Assembly (NCBI GenBank): GCA_964016885.1
Contig: OZ024741.1
Coordinates: forward strand, 278,876,001-278,940,000
DNA from: Eledone cirrhosa
Taxonomy: Eukaryota
DNA: 64,000 nucleotides
Reading direction: 5' to 3'
Shown here: piece after piece, positions 52,323 to 64,000 of the stretch
How positions within the stretch are numbered: position 1 is the first letter of the stretch
Layout of the letters: each line of letters begins with the position of its first letter
Made by a program: the position numbers and the translations under genes
The notes under the pieces: generated by a model
What the model saw: the letters and a program-made list of their open reading frames with translations, nothing else
Told to the model about the DNA's origin: nothing
The model's database searches: none

Positions 52323-55300
52323 AAAAAGTATGACCCCGACAGCAGAGCTCATGCCGTTTGGATGGCTATTTCTGGACTAAATTAGAATTTTTAGCCTGGT
52401 GAATAAATAGCCGAACTTGTCAAGGGGGTACTTCCTTATATGGGAAGATTGTAGTTGTCAAGAGGATTGATTAAAATTTGTTGTAAACACAAATAAGTCT
52501 ATCATCGCATTTGGTGGGAGGTAGTGGTGGCTGAACTTACCTGTAGAACAATAGGGGAGTGAGTGGAGCGGTCAAGCGTTGAAAGTGATAAGTGTGTGTG
52601 TAGGGGGGGGGGTATCAGCTCTTGTCTACCCACCCGGGTCGTTATGGGGTTTGAGGGCGAGGTAAGTCCTACGCAATCTGTGTTTGCATGCGGTTACCAT
52701 TTCGTCTTTTTTGTTTAGAAGTTGGTCCTTCGAAAACAACATTTGTAATGTTTCCTCCGAGCATAAGTTACACGGACGGCGCCTTCCCGTGTAAGAGTTA
52801 GCTCTGGACAGTAAGCTTCAAGTGAGATTGTAGGTTATATTATTGTCTTGGAGGTCCCAGATGTGGCCCGAATGTGTATGTTGGTGTTGGTAGAGCCGGG
52901 TCTTGATGTCACGCGCGGTTAATCCTATATAAGCTTTATTGGAGGTGTCCGTCTTCACGTTGCACTGGTAGATCACGTTACATTTTCGGCATTTGTTGTT
53001 GAGGGGGCACGTAGATCTAACAGGGCAGTTACACCTCCTGGTCGACTCTCCACTGATGTCTAGGTTATTTCTTCCATAGGGGTTGAGTTTTTTGTTGTTT
53101 GAGGAGACGATGTTTTGTGCGAAGTTAGGTGTGGTGCTGTAGGAGAAAAGACTAAGATGGAGAACTTTTTTCTACGATAGCACCCAGGAAGTAATCTCAT
53201 GGTTCAGGAATATGGAGGACAAACGAGACACAAAATTCATCCAGTTTGACATAGAGAGTTACTATGCATCTATTACCTTACCGCTCCTTACGGCCGCCTT
53301 AGACTTTGCCGAAACACTCACACCCATCACTGACCAGGAAAGAAATATCATTCTCCACGCCAGGAAGACAGTCCTACTTTTCGACAACTCCAAGTGGATA
53401 AAGAGAGCTCTTGACTACCCCTTCGACGTCAGTATCGGCGCGACGGATTCGGCCGAGGTCACAGATCTTATAGGATTATTCCTACTATTTAAACTTACCG
53501 AAATGTTTCCTGCATTCGGCGGTGGATTGTACCGGGATGACGGGCTCCTCACCCTCAAAGGGTACAACCCCAATAGTACAGACCGGGTCCGTAAACAACT
53601 AATCAACTTCTTCCTGGACTGGGGATTTAAAATCACCCTACACACGTCCCTAACCCGAGTCAATTTCCTGGACGTTACCCGTAACCTCGAAAATGATCTG
53701 TACTACCCATACAGGAAACCAAACGACAACCTGCACTACATTCACCGCCACTCTAACCATCCTAGAAACATCACCAATAACCTGGTTAAAACCATCTCCC
53801 CCTCATTTCTCGTTTGTCCGCTAATGAGCAGATATTAGACGAACACGCACCTCATTACAACCAGGCCCTCAAGCGGAGTGGCTTCCGGGAGTAAATATCC
53901 TTTTATCCAGCTTCCCTTAGCGGAACCAGCAGGCGACATCACCGCTCACGCAACGTAACGTGGTTCAATCCTCCCCATAATGCCGAGGTGGCAACACCTA
54001 TCAGGAAAATCTTCTTTAAACTCCTCGAAAAACACTCCTCACTACAACACCGCTACCACAACATAATCAACAAAAACACCATCAAACTCTCCTACAGCAA
54101 CACACCTAGTTCCCACAAAATATCGTCTCCTCAAACAACAAAAAACTCAAACCCTATGGAAGAAATAACCTAGACATCAGTGGAGAGCCGACCAGGAGGT
54201 GTAACTACCCTTATAGATCTACGTGCCTCCGCAACAACAAATGCCGAGAACGTAACGTGATCTACCAGTGCAACGTGACGACGGACACTTCCAACAAAGC
54301 TTATATAGGATTAACCGCGTGTGACTTCAAGACCCGGCTCTACCAACACCGACATACTTTCCGAAACCCGGTCCGGCGACATGCCACTACACTTTCTGGC
54401 CACATCTGGGACCTCCAAGATAATAATATAACCCACAATCTCACTTGGAGCTTACTGTCCAGAGCTAACTCTTACTCGGGAGGACGCCGTCCGTGTAACT
54501 TATGCTCGGAGGAAACATTACAAATGCTGTTTTCGAAAGACCAACTCCTAAACAAGAAAGACGAAATGGTAACCGCATGCAAACACAGATTGCATAGGAC
54601 TTACCTCAGCCTCAAACCCCATAACGCCCCGGGTGGGTAGACAAGGGCTGACCCCCCCCACACACACACACACTTGCCGAATAAGTTAGGGGAAACCCCA
54701 GCTTACATAGGTAGATGTATCTCTTTTCTTTTCCTCATTGTCTTCTTCTTCCCCCTGTCTCATCCTATCACTTCCTTCCACCCCCTATTTTCTTCCTCGT
54801 ATTCTTTTCCCCTTTCGCCTACCCTGATGCAGCCCATCGGGCCTCTGTAGCATCAGTTCCCCCACCCCTGTAATTTTAAGATAGAATTGGCCGAATACGT
54901 TTTACTAACTACTTATGGCAGACGTGTTAAACCCCTTTTATTTTTGTATCAGTTTTGGTACTACTCAATTTCTACAAGTTTTTTCTATTCTCAACTTATT
55001 AACCTGTAATTGTAAGATAGCATTGTGATTTTTTTATTCATCTCTCACTATCTAATTTTATATATTTTTTATTTATTTCTTTTATCTTTTATTGTCTCCT
55101 ACTCTCATTCGATTTACTTATTCTATAACTTCCCTCCTCCACTTCATACACTATCCTTAGAATCTGCTGTATACATATCACTTTCAACGCTTGACCGCTC
55201 CACTCACTCCCCTATTGTTCTACAGGTAAGTTCAGCCACCACTACCTCCCACCAAATGCGATGATAGACTTATTTGTGTTTACAACAACTTTTAACCAAT

Positions 55301-55520
55301 CCTCTTGACAACTACAATCTTCCCATATAAGGAAGTACCCCCTTGACAAGTTCGGCTATTTATTCACCAGGCTAAAAATTCTAATTTAGTCCAGAAATAG
55401 CAGTCAAAATGGCTTGTCGGGGTCATACTTTTTCCTATTTCTCACTCTACTACCCTATATATTGAGTACTCTGGTGCGTTATGGTCCATCTGGTTCCTTA
55501 CCACAATTCCTTTGTTACTT
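52321..55520 (+). mobile_element. Penelope-like retroelement (GLYRDD-type RT), 5'-truncated, with inverted arm 52321-53145
   Basis: FIQFDIESYY, FDVSIGATDSAEVTDLIGL, GGLYRDDGL, NFLDVT, SNHP, WFNPP, VIYQCNV..YIGLT (53150-54640, broken). Pseudo-LTR 55177-55520 is mirrored at 52321-52590. Both carry decayed TTGACAA hammerheads (52333-52429 on -, 55337-55423 on +). Confidence 0.95.
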
Positions 55521-55522
55521 TG

Positions 55523-55570
<48 letters not shown>

Positions 55571-55574
<4 letters not shown>

Positions 55575-56190
55575 GGAAAAAATGAAATTTAATTTCTCAC
55601 TCTAGTACGGGTGATACTTAAATATAAGTATGTATACGTACATACATATATGTATACAGACGTACAGTAGTATGTATATACATACATGCACACATATATA
55701 TGTACGTATAGGTTTATCGACTTACTACTGTACGTCTGTATACATATACGTATGTACGTATACATACTTATATTTAAGTATCAGCCGTACTAAGAGTGAG
55801 AAATGAAATTTCATTTTTTCCACTTATCGTTTTCGGTACGCCCGGCCCACTAACTCACTCGATATGCAAATTAGGCTGCTCAGCCGTTAATATACATAAG
55901 GAAAGTATATACTTTCAAACGTTCAATCAACTGACAGGAAGGTATACGGTGCTGATGACAGATAATAAGCAAGAAACTAGTTCTTCGTTCTTTTGTCAGT
56001 GTTGAACAAAATGGCAACGATGGTTGCCGAACAATGTACGGCTAATAATTCGGGCTGTTTGTTTATAAACAAACCGAGCATTATAATAAATGTTCGGTAA
56101 ACCCATAGGTATATATATATGTGTACATGTATGTATGTATATACATACTGTATGTACGTCTGTATACATATATGTAGGTACGTATACATA
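55571..56190 (+). mobile_element. Fold-back copy of the ~400-nt hammerhead element (ribozyme 55946-55988, stems mutated)
   Basis: acggtg CTGATGA cagataataagcaa GAAA ctag TT cttcgt. 55574-55670 is mirrored at about 55724-55822. Confidence 0.8.
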
Positions 56191-56211
56191 CTTATATATA
56201 TATATATATAT

Positions 56212-56665
56212 GAATGTATATATAGTGTATTTTGCATTACACTGTATGCTGAATTAAAAGCATTTCGAAGACCTTATGCTATTCTTTAGAGTAGTGACAG
56301 TCTCACTTACTTTAAATTTTCAGCAAACAGGGGAGATAAAGGTGACAGAGCTATGTTTCGTACTGATTGGTACTTACCAATTCCTGATTATTACTAGAAA
56401 TTCTATAAGAACCAAACATTCATGATTTTCAGCAAACATGTGGAGTACTTGGTTTTGATAAGTACCAATCAGTACGAAACATAGCTCTGTCAGCTTTATC
56501 TCCCCTGTTTGCTGAAAATTTAAAGTAAGTGAGACTGTCACTACTCTAAAAAATAGCATAAGGTCTTCGAAATGCTTTTAATTAAGCATACAGTGTATTG
56601 CAAAATACACTATATATACATTCATATATATATATCGCTATTTCAGAGCGCCAATTCTAATTTTA
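56212..56665. mobile_element. Fold-back element with U3-A8 hammerhead (56451-56496, +)
   Basis: ggtt TTGATAA gtac-caatca-gtac GAAA catagctctg TC agct. Arms 56212-56376 and 56459-56625. Homologous to 5990-6375. Confidence 0.8.
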
Positions 56666-57153
56666 TATATATATATCGCCAAATTGTATCTCAACCTAAC
56701 GGGAGATTATTAAATATAAAGGTTTACATATACATAAAGTTATAGATATATATGCTGCAACCGGTCACTTTTTGGCTCTATGAAGAATTAATAAATTAAA
56801 TAATCAGAGCAATATATCATAAATCATGTCCTTAGAATTATTAGATAAAATATATACCATTTCCTCTGCTAATTAGCATAATTAACCATATAAAAAATCA
56901 ATTAGACCAAGCTATAAGAAGAAAGGCTCTTATGAAGAAATCTCCGACAAATAACCGAAAGTGGCCTCTTCGCGTTAGGTTGAGATACAATTTGTCGATA
57001 TTTGGCTGCGCTTTCTAGCAACAAGCCTACCCGCCGTAAGCAACCAATCACATTCTTTCTAGCTTGACCACAGCCACATTGCGATTCTTAGCCATTTTTT
57101 AATCTAATTTTGGCACGATCACGTTAGAAAACTAAATGTCTAATTTTGAGTTT

Positions 57154-57230
57154 GTCTCCTGATGAATCCTAACTCAAGACATTCCTATTAATTGGATGTC
57201 TAAAAATACGGATGAAACCATGGTAGAGAT
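57154..57230 (+). ncRNA. Type I hammerhead with extended stem II loop
   Basis: gtctc CTGATGA atcc...ggat GAAA ccatgg TA gagat. Lies inside inverted-repeat element ~56676-57515. Confidence 0.87.
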
Positions 57231-57510
57231 ATAATTACGGTATGAACACATTTCTTCTAAGTTTAATTTTACACCTAATTGTGTATGGTTGATGGTATAT
57301 TTAGTCAGTTTCTACATGCTGTCGAAATGTTGGATAAATACTCTATTGGGGCCACCGCGAAGAGGCCACTTTCGGTTATTTGTCGGAGATTTCTTCATAA
57401 GAGCCTTTCTTCGTATAGCTTGGTCTAATTGATTTTTTATATGGTTAATTATGCTAATTGGGAGAGGAAATGGTATATATTTTATCTAATAATTCTAAGG
57501 ACATGATTCA

Positions 57511-57580
<70 letters not shown>

Positions 57581-58296
57581 ATAAGAATATTTATATTTAT
57601 ATATGTTTGATATAACATATATAAATATAATTGATTGAAGCATATTCTATGTTTGATATAATTATAAATATGTAGGGTAGTACGAAGTACCAGCCGGTTA
57701 CCGGTATGACAAAAGGCTCAATGCAAATTTCAAGTGTTTTACAGAGCCGAGATACAAAGTGTTAAAACGATCAAATTTTAGTTTAGAACATTTATTTGCT
57801 GATAATTGTTTCTTCCATACAAAATCACTTAAATGAAAATCACATACCCAACTCTATCACGTGTTTTGCATTACACCTTACATAACAAATACCTACATTA
57901 TCACCACATGCCTCTCTAACAAATTGCACACTATCTCAAACATTTATAACAATTATAACATGCTTTAACACCCCACACAAAATATGCTAATTTCAACAGC
58001 ATTATAACTCTTTCCGCATACATGCCTTATTGACTGTATTGACTCCTAAATTGTACACCAATTTTCCTTGCTTATAACCTTTTCCCTGTGTTTCTTTTGC
58101 TTGTGATTTTTTGGCTTGTGCTTTTTAGTTATACATATTACACTTCCAACCAGTGGTGCCTTAAATTGTGTTCTTTCAAGCAGAACATCTTTTTAACTCC
58201 TGACTCTCCACATGATGCCTTTGATACTAATAACAATTATGTACCCTAAATGTTCTAAATGACTAGGATTTTAGTTACATGTTTCGACAGTCCTTA

Positions 58297-58343
58297 TGCT
58301 CCAATGATTCCAGACTTCCCTCTGGAAGAAACAATTGTCAGCA
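58297..58343 (+). ncRNA. Decayed minimal hammerhead
   Basis: tgct CCAATGA ttccaga-cttccc-tctggaa GAAA caattg TC agca. The 3' flank 58323-58392 is mirrored at 57750-57818. Confidence 0.7.
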
Positions 58344-58389
58344 AATAAATGTTCTAAATTAAAATTTGATCATTTCAACACTTTGTGTA

Positions 58390-58403
58390 TCTATAAAAGG
58401 CAG

Positions 58404-58448
<45 letters not shown>

Positions 58449-58457
58449 GGTGGTGGT

Positions 58458-58540
<83 letters not shown>

Positions 58541-58845
58541 CCGCATGTTCCATGTTTATACATTTGCACAATTTCAAACCGATTCGACTCAAAGTCTGTA
58601 AGAATGTTGTAAATGGTTTAACTTAGGTCAATGACTATTTATTTATTTCAAACTCACCCACAATTACGGAAATAATCGATAAAACTAAATACATGACGTT
58701 TTACCCTCTAATACAATCTCATTCCCGCTCTCTACTCCCCTTAAAATTCGATAAAACTACATACAAGCTGCAACTTTCTCTTATATACGCTTAAACTTAC
58801 AAACTTCCTTTATTAACGTCGAAGAAAGAAGAGAGAGAAGAGAGT

Positions 58846-58916
<71 letters not shown>

Positions 58917-59542
58917 TTTGTTTTTGAGTCGAAACAACAATTATTCAAAAGCAACATTCATTTATTCAACAGCAAAAAAATAGCAATAAATCTTTTTTTA
59001 AATATCTCTCAACGAACGTGGAAGAAAGAAGTATCAGTTTATTTACTATACACAATAATATCCTCTATGAGGTCACTAAACCTGCTAGAAACAGCAGCTA
59101 ACTCTCCCCCATATCACACCCCTCCCTACTGTCTTTAATTTAGAAAACATATATCCTCTGTGAGCTCACTAAACCTGCTAGAAACAGCAGCTAACTCTCC
59201 CCCATATCCCCCCTACTGTCTTAAATTTAGAAAACACACCACATTAGACAACCATGCAGAACAACTCCATCGCAGCTCTGTTGTTCGGCTGGCATCGTCT
59301 ACTCGCGTGTTGCGCAAGTACTGTGAAACAATAAATTTCAACACTTCTTTGCACAGAGATAATATCCATAGGCGAAACTACAATTGTCACTGCTGACGCA
59401 GCTCAGCTCCTGCTTCGGCAAACCAGGTCTGCAATTCATTCACCCAGTGCCTGGCAGACAAAAAAGTGCTGCCATAAAATGGGTGGTGCAACCTAAATTT
59501 GTTAACTTACTGACCCCGAGCAACGCCGGGCCTTAATACTAG
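58390..59542 (+). mobile_element. Non-autonomous Helitron
   Basis: 5' A|TCTATAAAAGGCAGA followed by microsatellite. 3' hairpin cccgagcaacgccggg 8 nt upstream of CTAG|T. No TSD. The 5' boundary is less certain. Confidence 0.6.
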
Positions 59543-59661
59543 TATATATATATATATATATATAGAGAAAGAGAGAGAGAGTGAGTGAGCGAGAGAGAGT
59601 GAGAGAGCGAGAGAGAGTGAGAGAGAGATACATATATCTATAGATGTATGTATATATATAT

Positions 59662-62600
59662 ACAATAATAATGCTTAGGGGTATTACTTCTACTATGACT
59701 ACGCCTACGACCAAGTCGACTACCATCGTTAACAACAACAACAATAATAATAATAAAAGTGATGTTGATGTTGATGATTACTGAAGATTTTTTATAAAAA
59801 CCCGAGAAGATGCTATTTTCATCATTTCTAAAAATAGCAAAACAATTGATGCTTTGGATAGGATCAACCAACCGTGACGCCTAAACCAATTAGCTTTAGT
59901 AATCTAGTGAAACTACACACCGATTGGTCGAAATACAGTTTGCAAAACTTAGCATTCTGTAGCCCCTTTCTACTGTATATAAGTCACAGATTTTAGCCAT
60001 CTCATTACAGTTGAAAATTGTAAACTTGACTGTCACCACTGAATATGAACCTGAAGATTGCGAAAGCATGAAAGTACTTGTTCAATTAACATTTAACATT
60101 TAATATTCTACCATACTATTTCATTACAATATCATTATAATTTTAAAGGATTGTAAATAAAACGAGTAAATCAGACAAAGTTGGAATTCCTTTTATTAAT
60201 ATAATCTTCTATACACAATCATACACACCCGTGTATATTTATTTATATATATATTCCTATTGTGTATATGCCAAGATGTCTGGAAAGCAACAAATGAAAT
60301 TAACAGAATCAGAAAGAATTCTAAATGAGATATCATCGAAATTATCAACACTTATCACGATGATTGACACACAATCCTCTATTTTAAAGGAAATAGAAAA
60401 ACAATCTACAGACGGAAAACTTATAACTGAACATATAAACTCTGAAATTAAGAATTTAGCTGAAATTATACCAAACAGTTATCAAAGATACAAGAGAAAG
60501 CCTACCACAACCCCTTTAGATGTCAGAACTAAACGAAAGAAATTTGGAAAACGAAACACATCGAATAAGAGAAGAAATGCGGAAGACATGGCAAACATTT
60601 CTTAACATAAGAAAACAAAACTTCTGGAAAGCAAACGAATGCCAAAAATATGTCGAAACACATTCGAAATAGCTTTCTCTAACGGCACCCATACTCCCTC
60701 GTAAATACCGAATTAAAGAAATTGCAGGAGAGCCAGAAGAAGAAACAAAACTCCGATGGGAACTTACATTAACAAAATTCAGGACCCACATCTCCATTAC
60801 TCAATGTTAACAATCCCGCTACAAAGCCAAATACGAATCTATCGATGACTAAATTGAAGTCGAAATTTCAAAGCTAACGACTGGTAATATAGCTGAAAAA
60901 CTACGGGAAATATAGATTAGAGATATCTCAAAAGAAGAAAGCAAATCAAGAAAGTTATGGCAGCAGAAACAATTATTTCTCGACGAATATGCTTCAAATT
61001 ACGGTAAAGACTCTGGAACTCTGAGAAAAAGCATTAAAAGTGGATAATCTCGCCAATGCAACATACGCCAGAACACGTGGCAACACAAATACTCATCTCA
61101 CCTTGAATCAAAGAACTCTTCGCTTTTTCTACAAAAACACCCTAACGCACACAACATGAACAAAAAGCACAAACACGATAGATATTCCTTTGACCAGACC
61201 ATGAGAAGTAGAAAAACCAGGAGATCATTCTCAAGATCTCAACAGAGACTACCCACAAGGAACGGGGAAAAAACCGTAGAATAACCAGATCACTTTCAAG
61301 ATCTCAACAGAGATTACCCACAAGAAACTGGGCAAAAAAATGATCTAAACCTGAAATCAAACCTAGGCTATTTTCCCAGATTTTAAAAAATAATGCTAAC
61401 AAGAAATGGAAAAAATAATATACATAATACCAAAAATAGGACAAAAAACATAACGAAACTAAGTATAATATCACAACCAAAATTTCATCAAGCAAACACC
61501 AACAGGAATATAAATCCTGAACAGAGAAAAATTCATTTTTTAACGTCAGGACAACAAAAACCGTAAAAAGAAAAACTCCAGGAGGAAACATACCCAAAAC
61601 AATTGAACACGTAGATCCTAAAATAATTAATTTATCCAAAAGAGATCTTGACAATGATGAAATGCAAATTCTGTCAAAAGGACTGAAATTCACACCGACT
61701 CCAACAGTCAACCACCAAGAACTAAAGGAGGGTACCCAAGAATTATGTCGTAAATTACGACTTGTAGAATTCTTCGCTGATAAAAGTAATGAGAGTGATG
61801 AATCACTAGTAAAGAATAAATCAAATTTCACTCCACCAAAAGGAAGAAATATCTATCTCGACCAATACATTGACATCCTGTCTAAATTTCCTCTTAGACG
61901 TAATACTAACGTTAGGCCAAACATTAACAAATCGGAAATGTCTGCACTTAAACGTATACAAAATTATAAAACAATAATAATTAAACAAGCAGATAAGGGT
62001 GTGAAATTGTTATAATGGATGCTTAATACTACAAAGATTTGGTTGAGGAACAACTGAAAGACACAACATTCTACCATGAAATACCGTCAAATATAGACCA
62101 CAGCATCATGAAGAAGATCAACAACCTGGCTTCAAAATACCACAACTCACTTACTGATAATGAAAGAGACTACATCGCCAATTTTGAGCCAAAACCCAGC
62201 AACTTTTGTGGCTTACGGAAAATTCATAAGTCAAAAGAAATCCAAATGGCAGTAAAAGAACAAAAAAGTGAGAACATTAAATTACTACACCCAAAAGACT
62301 TAAAACTTAGACGTATTATAGCTGGTCCAACATTCCCTACCCACCGTCTAAGCAATTTTGTTGACATTATTTTGAAATCACTATGTATTCACATACCCAG
62401 TTTCATCCGGGATGATATCGACTTCCTGTCCCATCTTCCCAAAACCACGGAAACAAATTCACTTCTACTTAGTTTTGATGTGGTAAGCCTTTACACCAAT
62501 ATTACACATGATTTAGGAATAAAGGCAGTTAAATACTGGGTGGAAAAACATAGAGAAGTGATTCCCACCAGATTCACAGTGCCATTTATATTAGACGCAG

Positions 62601-64000
62601 TCAGACTTATTCTGGAAAACAACACATTCTTCTTCAATGGAAAGAATTACATCCAAATTAGAGGCACAGCGATGGGAACGAAGTTTGCTCCCTTTTACGC
62701 GAACTCTGTAATGGGATACTTAGACAACAACTCTACCAAGAAATAGAGGGAAAATATAGCACTGAATTTAGAAAGTACAATGAAAAGTCTTGGAAGAGAT
62801 ACCTTGACGACTGTTTCATCATCTGGACAGAATCTCTAGATGCTCTGGATGAGTTCAATATCCTCCTGAATAACCTACACCTATCTCTCCAATTTACAAA
62901 AGAGATGAGTAGTACTAAATTACCATTCCTAGATATAATGGTAATCAAAAACGACACCACCATTACCACGGATATATATTATAAACACACAGACACCCAT
63001 CAATATCTGAATTTTAAGTCGTGCCATCCACCTCATACAAAACGCAACATCCCATACTGCCTAGCCAGAAGAATTTGTACCATTGTAGAAGATACGAATA
63101 CCAGGAACAAACGCCTAACAGAACTGAGAGAATCTTTGCTCAAATAAAAATACCCATCTCTACTTATAGAAAATAGCATACAGCGGGCTATAAAAATACC
63201 TATACAACAACTTAGGACAACCCAAGGAAGAAGAAACCAAGAACTGGTCATACCATTTATAATGACACACAACCCATGTCACCAGAATATCTTCAACACT
63301 GCCAAAGCAAACCTACCGATCATTGCTCAAAGAAATGAATTAAAAGGTTTAATCACAGACCGAGCTTTGATTCTTAGTAAAAGACAGCCGAAATATTTGA
63401 AGCAATTACTAACAAAGGCAAAGTTTGATCTTAACAACAAAAACCTATCATTCACTGTATCTAAATGCAATGATAGCCGATGTGGCACATGTCAGTTCAT
63501 ACATACTGGTCAATATATGAACACAAAAACTGGAAAAATATTCCCAAATGCAAATATGAACTGCAAAAGCAGAAATCTAATTTACTGCATTAAATGCCCG
63601 AATTGTGAAGAACTATATGTCGGTCAAACTGGAAATGTACTATCGGAACGTGCACTGGTGCACCGACAGCAAATCAGAGACCCAAATGTCCGTCAGATAC
63701 CCTTGAGTAACTATCTAGAAACATGTGGTCAGCAAATATTTATAATATTTCCATTCTACAAACTACACAGCCAAAGTGAAATCAAGAGAAAAATTAAAGA
63801 AAAGAATTTTATTGATAAATTCCAACCCAAGCTAAATGAACAGTAATAATGCTTAGGGGTATTACTTCTACTATGACTACGCCTATGACCATGTCGACTA
63901 CCACCACTAGCAACAACAACAACAATAATAATAATAAAAGTGATGTTGATAGTGATGATTACTGAAGATTTTTTTATATAAACCCTAGAAAATGCTATTT
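59662..64000 (+). mobile_element. Penelope-like retroelement with direct pseudo-LTRs, apparently full length but decayed
   Basis: 59666-59820 is repeated from 63845 to the window end. Broken ORF ~60276-63846: LSKGLKFTPTP, KQADKG, KIHK, FDVVSLYTNI, GTAMGTKFAP, RYLDD, PFLD, NLIYCIKC..YVGQT. Confidence 0.95.
60046..60084 (+). ncRNA. Minimal type I hammerhead in PLE 5' pseudo-LTR
   Basis: tgaac CTGAAGA t-tgc-gaaa-gca-t GAAA gtac TT gttca. Confidence 0.9.

Overview
This is AT-rich, microsatellite-saturated eukaryotic repeat DNA, with no recognisable host protein-coding exon, rRNA, tRNA gene or CRISPR array. The SINE families and (TA)n/(TATG)n density suggest a coleoid cephalopod such as octopus (inference). 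Mobile elements: four decayed Penelope-like retroelements (PLE, RT + GIY-YIG), three with the classical inverted-arm structure and one with direct pseudo-LTRs; a nearly full-length Tx1/L1-clade LINE in an (AAT)n tract; R4/Dong-like restriction-like-endonuclease LINE fragments in (CATA)n tracts; a pogo/Tigger relic; a non-autonomous Helitron; many tRNA-derived SINEs; and about 11 copies of a ~615-bp RTE-type non-autonomous element. Two minisatellite arrays have 28-bp and 35-bp units, the latter with a 315-bp higher-order repeat. The main signal outside the ORF track is about 20 type I hammerhead ribozyme motifs from roughly ten sequence families, in PLE pseudo-LTRs and short non-coding fold-back or tandem (retrozyme-like) elements. 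Three families carry a UUGANAA core (C3-G8 replaced by U3-A8). One 482-nt tandem pair carries reciprocal core lesions that a dimeric fold could rescue. Two RTE-type 5' regions show an HDV-like nested double-pseudoknot order of helices. All folds were read by eye; none was computed or tested.
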